From contig CAIYYT010000235.1 in the NCBI GenBank assembly GCA_903930455.1, positions 771-64,770 of the forward strand: a stretch of 64,000 bases of DNA, read 5' to 3'. The notes under the pieces were generated by a model. It saw nothing but the letters and a program-made list of their open reading frames with translations, ran no database searches and had not been told where the DNA came from. Numbering within the stretch: position 1 is the stretch's first letter; the number at the start of each line of letters is the position of its first letter. This stretch comes from an uncultured bacterium. Its GTDB lineage: Bacteria; Zixibacteria; MSB-5A5; CAIYYT01. Shown piece by piece: positions 56,337 through 64,000 of the stretch. The translations under genes were made by a program, and so were the position numbers.

Positions 56337-57415
56337 TTTGTGAGTTTGTTCATGATTTCGACTTCTCCTCGTGTGAGGCGTAGTAGCTGCTTTTGGACGT
56401 TTCTGAGTTTGTCGAGCAAGTTTTGTAATTCGTCTTGCAGTCTTTGTGCTTGGATTAGGTAGGTTATGGCTTGTTTCGCGTTGCTGTGTCCCAATTCGTT
56501 CAACGCCAAGTTTAGGTTTCGTTGGAATTCTTGGTGGTATTGTTCTATGCGTTTTTCGATGAGTTGGATGGCTTGGTTGGCCATTATGCTTTGTCGTTCA
56601 ACTTGGATGGCTTCCTTGAGGAGTCGTTGGTTGTCTGGCGTGAGTTGGTTGTAGGTTTGCGAGAGCCGTGTGAATCCTGCGATATCCCACTGCTCGAGTT
56701 TCTGGTTGATGACTTTGAGCTGGTTCATGGAGCGACTGAGTTCGCTGTCCTGTCTTTGAAGGTCTGATAGTACTTCTCTTATGGCTGGGGCCGTCGTTGG
56801 CGTGATGCCTTTGGTCTTGAGTACGTCGATGACGGTTTTGATGTCTCGTCCGATGACTTTTTCGGTTTTGGCTGCTTGCTTTTCTTCCTTAGTGGATTGT
56901 TCAGTGAGATTTTCCCTTTCCCGATACTTTCCGGTGTCGGGCTTTGGGGCAGTTTTCTGCGTCGCTTTGCCGGTGAGGTCGATTTCGGACAGTACGTCTT
57001 TGCCTGATGGGAAGTGGCTTTTGGCCTTCATGACGAGCATGACGATTAATACTGGTATGGTTATGAGTACTGCGGAATCAACCCAGGCTGCGAATTGGTT
57101 GCTTTGCGCCCATTGGTAGATTTCGGGGAATGTGGCTCTGGTGAGGAAGTACGTAATGATAAAAGCAGCGAGTCCCGAGGTGGCGGTGTTTCCGCCGATG
57201 TGCTTGATGAAGATGAATACTGTTAGTGCGACGAGGCTGAGCAAGATGACTGCCGCAAGCGGGGCGAGGTTTCCGAGTCTGAATCCGGTCGTGTAGGAGA
57301 AGACCGTCATGGCAATGCTGAGGATAACTGCAATGCCGGAATTGATCATCTTTCCTTCTTTTCCCGGAAACTTCTTTGAAAGAACGAACCGCGAAAGGCC
57401 TGTGAAGATGATCAA
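56333..57415 (-). CDS. Polytopic membrane protein with C-terminal coiled-coil
   Basis: 4-5 TM segments in the first ~150 aa, then a K/E/Q-rich coiled-coil. Confidence 0.5.
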   Translation of the reverse strand: MIIFTGLSRFVLSKKFPGKEGKMINSGIAVILSIAMTVFSYTTGFRLGNLAPLAAVILLSLVALTVFIFIKHIGGNTATSGLAAFIITYFLTRATFPEIYQWAQSNQFAAWVDSAVLITIPVLIVMLVMKAKSHFPSGKDVLSEIDLTGKATQKTAPKPDTGKYRERENLTEQSTKEEKQAAKTEKVIGRDIKTVIDVLKTKGITPTTAPAIREVLSDLQRQDSELSRSMNQLKVINQKLEQWDIAGFTRLSQTYNQLTPDNQRLLKEAIQVERQSIMANQAIQLIEKRIEQYHQEFQRNLNLALNELGHSNAKQAITYLIQAQRLQDELQNLLDKLRNVQKQLLRLTRGEVEIMNKLTK

Positions 57416-57536
57416 GTAAACGACGAAATCGATGAAAGTGCTGTATTGCTGATATGTTGATGCGATGTTGATGTCTCGGAATGGTTGAAGTATGGTTTCG
57501 AGCGGATTCGCGATGTTGGATTCACCTCGTGGTTTT

Positions 57537-58730
57537 TTATTGTAGTGCTTCGAGTAGTCTGTTGATGCAGTTGTTTTTGGTTTCTTCAGGCATGGTGAGC
57601 GTGATGCGCTTGGACTTTTTCTTGAGAGTTTTGAGCCAGCCAGTATCGGCGTAGATCAATCCCATGTCACTGAAGTAGATCAAGAAGTTGCGGACCATGC
57701 GGTCAGTTAGGGGTGTGTATTTGTATTTGTGGCAGTGCTGGGTGTAGTCTTTGTAGATGTCTTCTGAAGGAATAATCCGCTTCGAGTTGAGCAGTATTGA
57801 TAGGAAGAGGATTTTTTGGTGTGTGGGTAGGGCGCCAACTATTCCAGTGTAGGCTTCGCTTTCTCCACGCTCCTGGGCTTCCTCAAAGATGCTCAGCGGA
57901 ATGGTCGGGAGCCTTCTTTCGATGGCGACGAGTGCACAGTAATACAACAGCTTCAAGGCTTCTCTTGCGTCTCCTCTCTTTGTTGTTTCTGCGGCGGCGA
58001 TCTTTTCGAGCAGTCCTTCTCCTATGACGTTGGGTTTGAAGCAGTAGTTGATTCTGTCTTGCATGATTTTGAGCAGGTCTTGGGCGTTGTAGGGAGTGAA
58101 GATGATCTTGTTGCGTCCAAAGCTGCTCGTGACTCTGGGTTTGATGTAGTTGGAAACGTTTACGTCATTGGAAATAATGATTGTAGTGACACGACTGGAA
58201 ACAAAGTCGTTAATGCGGCTAAGCAGGTAGAGAATGTCGTCTCCAGACTGCTTGAGCGTGTGGTCGATCTCATCCAAGACGATCAACAAATTCATCTTCT
58301 CCCTGTTCAAGTACTCTTTGAATTCATCAATCAACTTGGCTCGATTCCACCCGACTCGAGGAATCTTGCGATCCGGGTTCAGGATCTTGAGAGTGCTGGA
58401 TAGGATGGTGGCGTCGGTCTTGTTCTCCTCGCAGTTGATGTAGACCGTCTTGAGGTTGACTCCTCTTTTTTCTGCTTCTGTTTCCAGCTTGCAAGTGATG
58501 TCGAGGGTCAGCGCCGTCTTGCCAGTACCTGGGAAACCGTAGATGAACAAGTTGCTGGCTGCCTGATTCAGAAGAATCGGGCTGAGTTGGATGACGAGGT
58601 CGTTGTGCTGTTTCTCGCGATGAATGAACTTGCCCGACGGTGGCTTGAGCTGAAAGAGAGCCTGTTGGTTAACGAGAAGCCTGTTTTCCGCTGTGTCCTT
58701 GAATTCCAAAAGGGAAATACATATCACCAC
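57537..58730 (-). CDS. Orc1/Cdc6-like AAA+ ATPase with C-terminal winged helix
   Basis: LFIYGFPGTGKTA (Walker A), LLIVLDEIDHT (Walker B) and a sensor region. The length and arrangement resemble archaeal Orc1/Cdc6. It is unusual in bacteria. Confidence 0.6.
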   Translation of the reverse strand: MVICISLLEFKDTAENRLLVNQQALFQLKPPSGKFIHREKQHNDLVIQLSPILLNQAASNLFIYGFPGTGKTALTLDITCKLETEAEKRGVNLKTVYINCEENKTDATILSSTLKILNPDRKIPRVGWNRAKLIDEFKEYLNREKMNLLIVLDEIDHTLKQSGDDILYLLSRINDFVSSRVTTIIISNDVNVSNYIKPRVTSSFGRNKIIFTPYNAQDLLKIMQDRINYCFKPNVIGEGLLEKIAAAETTKRGDAREALKLLYYCALVAIERRLPTIPLSIFEEAQERGESEAYTGIVGALPTHQKILFLSILLNSKRIIPSEDIYKDYTQHCHKYKYTPLTDRMVRNFLIYFSDMGLIYADTGWLKTLKKKSKRITLTMPEETKNNCINRLLEALQ

Positions 58731-59075
58731 AATTGTCAGAACACCGCTCCCTTATATAGTTTTCCATCTCAGACAAGATTTCCATTCCCGCCCATTGGTG
58801 GGAGGCCCAGAACTCGATTTCGTTGTCAGCGATCACAATCTGATCATGCCGGCCAACTATGAGATTGATTTGAAGACACTGAGGGAGTTTTCGCAATGGC
58901 TTGGCTGACCATTTATTTTCCATATGGAAGGAATTGACTTGGGACACAATAGCTAATACTGGCGTCGACTCGTAGGTTGGAAAAGCACTGGCACTGACAT
59001 CGACTTCCTCTATGTCGGGACTGGTAAGGGTGATCCAGGCAGGGTTGTTCGCGCTCTAGTGTAGTGCCATACCTA

Positions 59076-62042
59076 TCAGACAATCAACACAGCGTCAGAG
59101 CCGTCCTCGCCCTTTTTGAGGGCTAAAATGGCCGGGAACTTGCTGGAATCCGCAGTTGGCGCAGGTTTCAAACCTTTGAGCATCTTGTATACGTTCTTGG
59201 CATTTGACGTCCTGATGAGAAGGCTGATGTTTTCCGATTTTACCGGAAAGGTACTGTTGCTATCCGTAGTGAGGGTTTTGGTGGCGGTGATGACTTCCTG
59301 GACGAATGCCTCATAAGTACCTTTGTAAACGATTTCTGGCAGGACCCAACGGTTTCTCAGATAGCTGATGTGTTTCTTGAGGTAGTTGAAGGCTAGAGGG
59401 CCGGCGCCAGCATATCTGATGATGGCGCAAAGCCAGGAACAGGGATACTCGCGGATGAAGCCCGTGCCGCTTCCTGCTTCCGACGATGGGTAAAATGGAG
59501 GTTTCTTAGTGGATTGTGTCAGTTTCTCGATGCGAATGGACTGCAGCAGAACACCATGCCCGGTCACAACCACCTTCTTAGCTCTTTGGATGATCATCGT
59601 TCTCGATAGCCACAGCCGAAGCTTAAGCTCTATTGAAACGCTCTGGGATGTGTCTTTGGCGATTTGGTCAAAGAGGGTCTTGGCATCGGTCCCTCGTTCA
59701 GTATCCTGATTCGACGAGCGTGAGAACAGTCGTAGTCCAAGCTTTCTGGTTGCCACGGTTTTCGGATCTGGTGGTTCAGCAAGCGCTTCCAGCTGTTTTT
59801 GCTGGGTACTCTCCAGGTGCACCTTTTCGTCGAGAAGGGCTTTGGCAATGGCGGGCAGGAATGGCTTTAGTTGTGTCGAAGTGGTCCCGCTGGTCGCAGA
59901 CTTCTTGTCAGAGAAGTCGAATTCCTTGGTGCTCTTGATTGTTAGGTCGTAAGCGTTTTTTGTTAAACCAAAGGAGACACAGTTTGACAGTTTGTACTCT
60001 ATCTTTTGGCCTTGACCACTGGCTAAGGGGACAAGGTTTTCCATTGATAGCCGTCTGATGCAATTGTGACAGTCATATTTTGGCGAATAAGTGCAACTTC
60101 GTTTTTCCCGAGTGTCGCCGTCGAATTTTTCACGGAGAAGCTTGACTCCCCTTTTGGTATTCCATTCGGCGTCGGAGGCGTATTTAACCTTGGGCCGTTT
60201 TCCAGTCTTCTTGTCATCGAAGGGAAGGCCTGCCCAGTGTTTGAAACCGTCAACAGTTTCCTGCCGTGGAGTATATTGTGATCCGCCCCAGCCTCGGGAG
60301 TAGGCCCACGACCTGTTTGGGTCTCCCTTTACGGGCACAGTTCGGGTGCGTTCGGCGTCAAAGACGTGTTTTCCTCCTGTGTTGCTCCAGTCAACTCCCA
60401 TCAGGACTATTCGCTTGATTCCGAGGTGGTTGTCGGCCCAGGGTCGCCAGGCATTGATGACATGTTTTCCTCCAGATTCATGACCCATGACGGACACGAT
60501 AAGCTTGTCCGGAACAGTATCACCGTGTCCTGAAGTGAACTCCTGGGTGGATTCTCGCAGAATCTGAACGAAAGTCTTGTCTTCTTTCACCGTTAATTCG
60601 TCATTGATCGGGACGCGAAAAACCCCCTTACCCTTCAGGGGGGCGTCAACGCCAATCATGTGCTTGATATAGAGTGCGGTTTCCCAATCTACTGCGGAGT
60701 AATGTTTGAGTTGTTCCTCGTAAGTTCCCGCTTCTGGGGCCTTAGTCTGGTAAAATGTGTTTAGCCTTTCGACCAAGACTTGGGTCTTTCTCAAGCAGAT
60801 GTAAAGATCGTTTCTCAGTTTGATCAGGGCCTCAAGGTGCGATTGGCGGTTTTTGAGGATTTTCTCGCGCAGCTTGTCGCTGCCTTCAGCAGCATTTCCT
60901 GATTCAGCTGTGCTCTCTTTGAGTTTCCGTATGTCCAGACGAATCCAGTTTATACCATCCAGGGCATGGTCGAGTTGAACCAACCGGTTGTTGGTTTCGA
61001 CAAGGAATTGCTGCAGAGAGGCAATATTGTTTTCAACCTTATCAGGAACGATCTTCTCAAGCTTCACGGCGCTGAATTTTGTCCCGCTCTGGTATGAGGA
61101 AGTGCTGTTACCCAATGTGGATGAGCCTTTTTCCGATGTCTCCGCGGCATCTTGGCAAAGTGATTTCAGCTCAGACTGGTAGTCAGGCTGCTTGGCCTGC
61201 CCCAATTCTTTACGGTTGAGTATCTTATCAAGTCCTTTGGTTGCGCCTGCAATCCGCTGACATGCTCCTTTGATGGGCAGGGTCAGATCAAGCTTTAGGG
61301 TGCGAGATTTTGGCTGCGCCTGTTTGGTGCAGGCTGTCTTTAGTTGCGCGGTAATGCTTTTAAGGAACGACTCGATGCTAATGTAGACCCGTTTGGACTT
61401 CTGGTCGACTTTGGTACCGGCGATGATGGCGGCAAATTTCGTAAAGGCAGCCTGGCTCTCCCCTGGATAGGCAAGAGAATTGTCGTAAATGATTTTCCCC
61501 TTGGCCTCCAATTTCTTGGGTTTCTCTGTATAAAGGGTCTTCCTCGTGTCAATTTCGACACCATAGCGAAAGTGCAGGTCCCATTTCAGCGCCAATACTG
61601 CGCCTGCCAGATGCCAGTGGAATTTGCCCCATTCCTCTTCGGCCATAAAGCGGCCGAATGGCTCGTAGTAACCTAGGCGCATTAAGTCTACTTTCAACTC
61701 GAACACGTAGTGGTTCTTACCCGGGCGCACCTTTCCTTCGTAGGTTTGGGTGGCATCATCGTCACCAAACGCTAACTGGTATTCTCCGTAAGGTAGGCGC
61801 GTCATAGCAAGGGCCAGTGTCCCAGCGGGCCTACGGGCCTGAGCGGTCGGGACTTTGTCTTTGTCCTTTGCTTCAATCAGTTCTAAGCCGCACTGGTTGC
61901 ACTTTGGTTTGCCCGAGCCAGGCGATAGGTTGACTTCGATGCAGTGTCCTTGGCGGTTGGCAGCGGAGTTGATACAGTCGGGGTTTGGGCAGAAATAACA
62001 GCTCTCACCGGACATAAGATCCCCTGTCGCTACGGTTCTCAA
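59076..62042 (-). CDS. Large (988 aa) protein: N-terminal zinc ribbon, peptidoglycan-binding-like repeat, coiled-coil, lysozyme/transglycosylase-like region
   Basis: CYFCPNPDC...CNQCG zinc ribbon. LKVDLMRLGYYEPFGRF...AVLALKWDLHF resembles PG_binding_1. VMGHESGGKHVINAW...GIKRIVLMGVD is a lytic-transglycosylase-like E-S motif. Function is inferred loosely. Confidence 0.4.
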   Translation of the reverse strand: MRTVATGDLMSGESCYFCPNPDCINSAANRQGHCIEVNLSPGSGKPKCNQCGLELIEAKDKDKVPTAQARRPAGTLALAMTRLPYGEYQLAFGDDDATQTYEGKVRPGKNHYVFELKVDLMRLGYYEPFGRFMAEEEWGKFHWHLAGAVLALKWDLHFRYGVEIDTRKTLYTEKPKKLEAKGKIIYDNSLAYPGESQAAFTKFAAIIAGTKVDQKSKRVYISIESFLKSITAQLKTACTKQAQPKSRTLKLDLTLPIKGACQRIAGATKGLDKILNRKELGQAKQPDYQSELKSLCQDAAETSEKGSSTLGNSTSSYQSGTKFSAVKLEKIVPDKVENNIASLQQFLVETNNRLVQLDHALDGINWIRLDIRKLKESTAESGNAAEGSDKLREKILKNRQSHLEALIKLRNDLYICLRKTQVLVERLNTFYQTKAPEAGTYEEQLKHYSAVDWETALYIKHMIGVDAPLKGKGVFRVPINDELTVKEDKTFVQILRESTQEFTSGHGDTVPDKLIVSVMGHESGGKHVINAWRPWADNHLGIKRIVLMGVDWSNTGGKHVFDAERTRTVPVKGDPNRSWAYSRGWGGSQYTPRQETVDGFKHWAGLPFDDKKTGKRPKVKYASDAEWNTKRGVKLLREKFDGDTREKRSCTYSPKYDCHNCIRRLSMENLVPLASGQGQKIEYKLSNCVSFGLTKNAYDLTIKSTKEFDFSDKKSATSGTTSTQLKPFLPAIAKALLDEKVHLESTQQKQLEALAEPPDPKTVATRKLGLRLFSRSSNQDTERGTDAKTLFDQIAKDTSQSVSIELKLRLWLSRTMIIQRAKKVVVTGHGVLLQSIRIEKLTQSTKKPPFYPSSEAGSGTGFIREYPCSWLCAIIRYAGAGPLAFNYLKKHISYLRNRWVLPEIVYKGTYEAFVQEVITATKTLTTDSNSTFPVKSENISLLIRTSNAKNVYKMLKGLKPAPTADSSKFPAILALKKGEDGSDAVLIV

Positions 62043-62050
62043 CGGCTGTT

Positions 62051-62677
62051 TCAGGCGGCAGCATCTGGCGTTGCCTCTTGTTGGTCAGAAGTCTCTTCCG
62101 AGGACTCAGATTCCTCTTCTGGTTCTTCTTCGAAGTCTTCTGAGGTGTCTTCTTCTTCCACGCAGTCTACTTCTTCGTATTCGATGTTCTCGTCAGCCTC
62201 TTCCAGTTCATCATAGAATTCAAGATCATCTTCTGCAAGGTCTTCTAGCTCGACATCCTCTTCATAGTCCTCGTCTGTCAGATCCTCTTCCCATAGCTCT
62301 TCTTCGACGCTGATGAGCTCATCCGGATGGTCGGGAATATAAGTGGCATTTTCCTCGGCTGAATCATCTACGAGGGATTGCTCAAACTTTGTTCGCTCTT
62401 CTTCGTTGAGCACTCTTATTACCCGGCCGTCGGCAAGTTCGATTTGGACGTCGGCGTTGAGATCGACGCTTTCTTTCAACCATCCTTCTTCGTCCGTCTT
62501 GCCTTTGATCTCCTTGGAACCAGCAGTCAATGTGTATTCACAGTCTGCCTGGGGTTCTCCCGCGCAGTCGACGACGCGAACTTTGAGGCGCGTATCGTAC
62601 GTAAAGGTATACTTGTTTCCAGACGACAACTTTGCTTCCGAGGAATTCAAGCTAATGTGCTTCTCGTCCTTATTCAC
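62051..62677 (-). CDS. Highly acidic protein (D/E-rich C-terminal half)
   Basis: A ~90-aa N-terminal beta-rich domain followed by a ~110-aa run that is >50% Asp/Glu. Confidence 0.45.
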   Translation of the reverse strand: MNKDEKHISLNSSEAKLSSGNKYTFTYDTRLKVRVVDCAGEPQADCEYTLTAGSKEIKGKTDEEGWLKESVDLNADVQIELADGRVIRVLNEEERTKFEQSLVDDSAEENATYIPDHPDELISVEEELWEEDLTDEDYEEDVELEDLAEDDLEFYDELEEADENIEYEEVDCVEEEDTSEDFEEEPEEESESSEETSDQQEATPDAAA

Positions 62678-63485
62678 GTTCTTCCTCTCTTTCAGTCACC
62701 TGCCACTCCGCTCTGGATAGATTGACTTGGATAGTGGAGCGGTAAGATTCCGTTGACTTGGAAGCTTCGTCTTCATCTCGAGAGGGTAGCACTTGGCTAT
62801 GATAACGATAGGCAAGTCTGACAGATGATCCCCATTTTTCCAGCGGAAGTCCTTCGGTCTGCATGGTGATTGATGTAATGAGGGAATCGAAAGGATCTTG
62901 GGAATATTCTCTGAGAGTGTGAGCGAGTCTCGTAAACCCTATAAGGGTTTTCTTCTGTTGAAGGCTGAGAATTAGGATCATCTGGCCGCTGGCCAACCAG
63001 GTCCAAGGTTCGGTGTCATCTGCTTCGACAAAGTTAGCCTGCTTGGTCTCGTCCGTCTGATAGTTAAAGGAGAATTGACAGATGGCTTCTTGATTTCCAT
63101 CGCCGTCAATGTCCTGCAATATGATTCTCACATCCTTTAGTTCTGATGCTGGCATGTAATTGAACACTTCATTGACGGCCTCTTCTGTGTAGAGTCCGAA
63201 ATAGCTGAGTTCGAGTTTCTCTATGGTGCCGCCAGAGGCCACTAAGCAGCAGAAGAGCTCTTCCCCCGTGCTGCCGATAAACACTAGCTGATCGCCAATC
63301 GCGATGAGTTGTCCGTCCTGAACCGAGGTCGCAGCAGGAGTCGTCTGACTGGTATGGTTTTGCGAATAGACGGGTGGGGCTAGAATTAGCAGCCCCCAAA
63401 GAAACAAGCAGATCAATCGTCTGCCATTGCCCAGGAGGAGCTTTCTGCTTGGTGTATGTCGAGCACCTGGCATACTCTTTGCCAT
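62670..63485 (-). CDS. Secreted hypothetical protein
   Basis: Signal peptide ...LICLFLWGLLILAPPVYSQ. Confidence 0.45.
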   Translation of the reverse strand: MAKSMPGARHTPSRKLLLGNGRRLICLFLWGLLILAPPVYSQNHTSQTTPAATSVQDGQLIAIGDQLVFIGSTGEELFCCLVASGGTIEKLELSYFGLYTEEAVNEVFNYMPASELKDVRIILQDIDGDGNQEAICQFSFNYQTDETKQANFVEADDTEPWTWLASGQMILILSLQQKKTLIGFTRLAHTLREYSQDPFDSLITSITMQTEGLPLEKWGSSVRLAYRYHSQVLPSRDEDEASKSTESYRSTIQVNLSRAEWQVTEREEERE

Positions 63486-64000
63486 GAACCTCCGTGAAAC
63501 TAAAATAAGCTAACAATTACTGTTTCCTCGTCAAGGGCTTCTTGGTCGAATAATCGTTTGAAATTCTGTATGTGGCCTCCGCGTGCCAGAGAACAAGGTG
63601 TGGGCAGTTTTGAGCGAAGTCAAAGGTGCGTCTTCTACAGGACGAATTCGGAAAAGCAGAAGAGGCCTACTTAGTAAGTCTGGTGAAGGTATAGTGGAGA
63701 GCGCATACGCCAAGTTCGGCCTATGAGCGAAACGTTTACGTTGTGAGAATCTTCCCCACTATTAGATCGATCTCATCCATGAGGGTCTTGAGATGCCCCC
63801 GGACCGCAGCACGTTGTCGGGCAAGTGACTTTTGGAGAGTCGCGGAGGCGACAAAATCGGCGGCGGCTTGATGCGCCTCAGCCGAGAGCACCGCGAGCCG
63901 TGAATGAAGCTTGTTGGTCGATTGGTATAGGGGTATCGGAAGCTCGAGTACCTTTTTGTGAACGTGACGCTCTCCCTGAAGACCCATTGACTGGAAAGGC

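Larger units (their letters stand above)
53331..64000. mobile_element. Second integrative element (partial; right end beyond window), tandem to island 1
   Basis: Its integrase 3' end overlaps the att repeat. It carries an excisionase, a primase-polymerase and an Orc1/Cdc6-like ATPase. Confidence 0.55.

Noticed and set aside
63736-63987. 83-aa minus-strand ORF at the window edge
   Set aside because: It may be the C-terminal part of a gene starting beyond 64000. It has no motif and cannot be bounded, so it is not called.

Overview
This is a 64-kb bacterial contig, probably from an FCB-group organism (it encodes a Por/T9SS C-terminal sorting domain and a sigma54 regulator). It opens with a leuD-like gene and an initiator tRNA-Met(CAT). 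Almost all of the rest is mobile/accessory DNA. A 44-bp exact direct repeat of the tRNA 3' half (742-785 and 53331-53374) brackets a ~52.6-kb integrated island that starts with a tyrosine integrase next to the tRNA. A second integrase whose 3' end overlaps the downstream repeat begins a second, tandem element that runs off the window. Island 1 is a mosaic of the following blocks. (a) A compact operon-like cluster of nucleotide/nucleoside-remodelling enzymes: NadR/AAA_28-like kinase, DNPH1/MilB-like N-glycosidase, NUDIX, PNP/MTAN-family enzyme, HisG-like phosphoribosyltransferase, and a short thymidylate-synthase-family hydroxymethylase-like protein. (b) Duplicated conjugation/mobilisation-like modules: two Replic_Relax proteins and two VirD4/TraD-like ATPases. 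(c) A 2TM protein, SplB-like radical SAM and HD hydrolase trio, and a paralogous 2TM protein paired with a SAM methyltransferase. (d) LexA, a RuvC-like resolvase and XRE regulators. (e) A catalytic-domain-only tyrosine recombinase and a large serine recombinase flanking a 196-bp segment bounded by perfect 15-bp inverted repeats, a candidate invertible switch. (f) Defence genes: AbiEi/AbiEii, an AIPR abortive-infection protein, an HNH nuclease and a possible HEPN Abi. (g) A T9SS-secreted glycosidase and outer-membrane proteins. (h) A fused N6-adenine methyltransferase/SNF2 helicase. (i) A DUF932 and PD-(D/E)XK nuclease module. (j) A RiPP cluster: sigma54/TPR activator, sigma54-type promoter, an unannotated 33-aa Cys-containing precursor peptide, radical SAM/SPASM maturase, PqqD-like RRE and MFS exporter. 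The second element carries an integrase, an excisionase, a primase-polymerase, a bacterial Orc1/Cdc6-like AAA+ protein, a ~1000-aa zinc-ribbon/peptidoglycan-binding/lysozyme-like protein and a highly acidic protein. All calls rest on reading the translated ORFs and the DNA directly; no searches were run.
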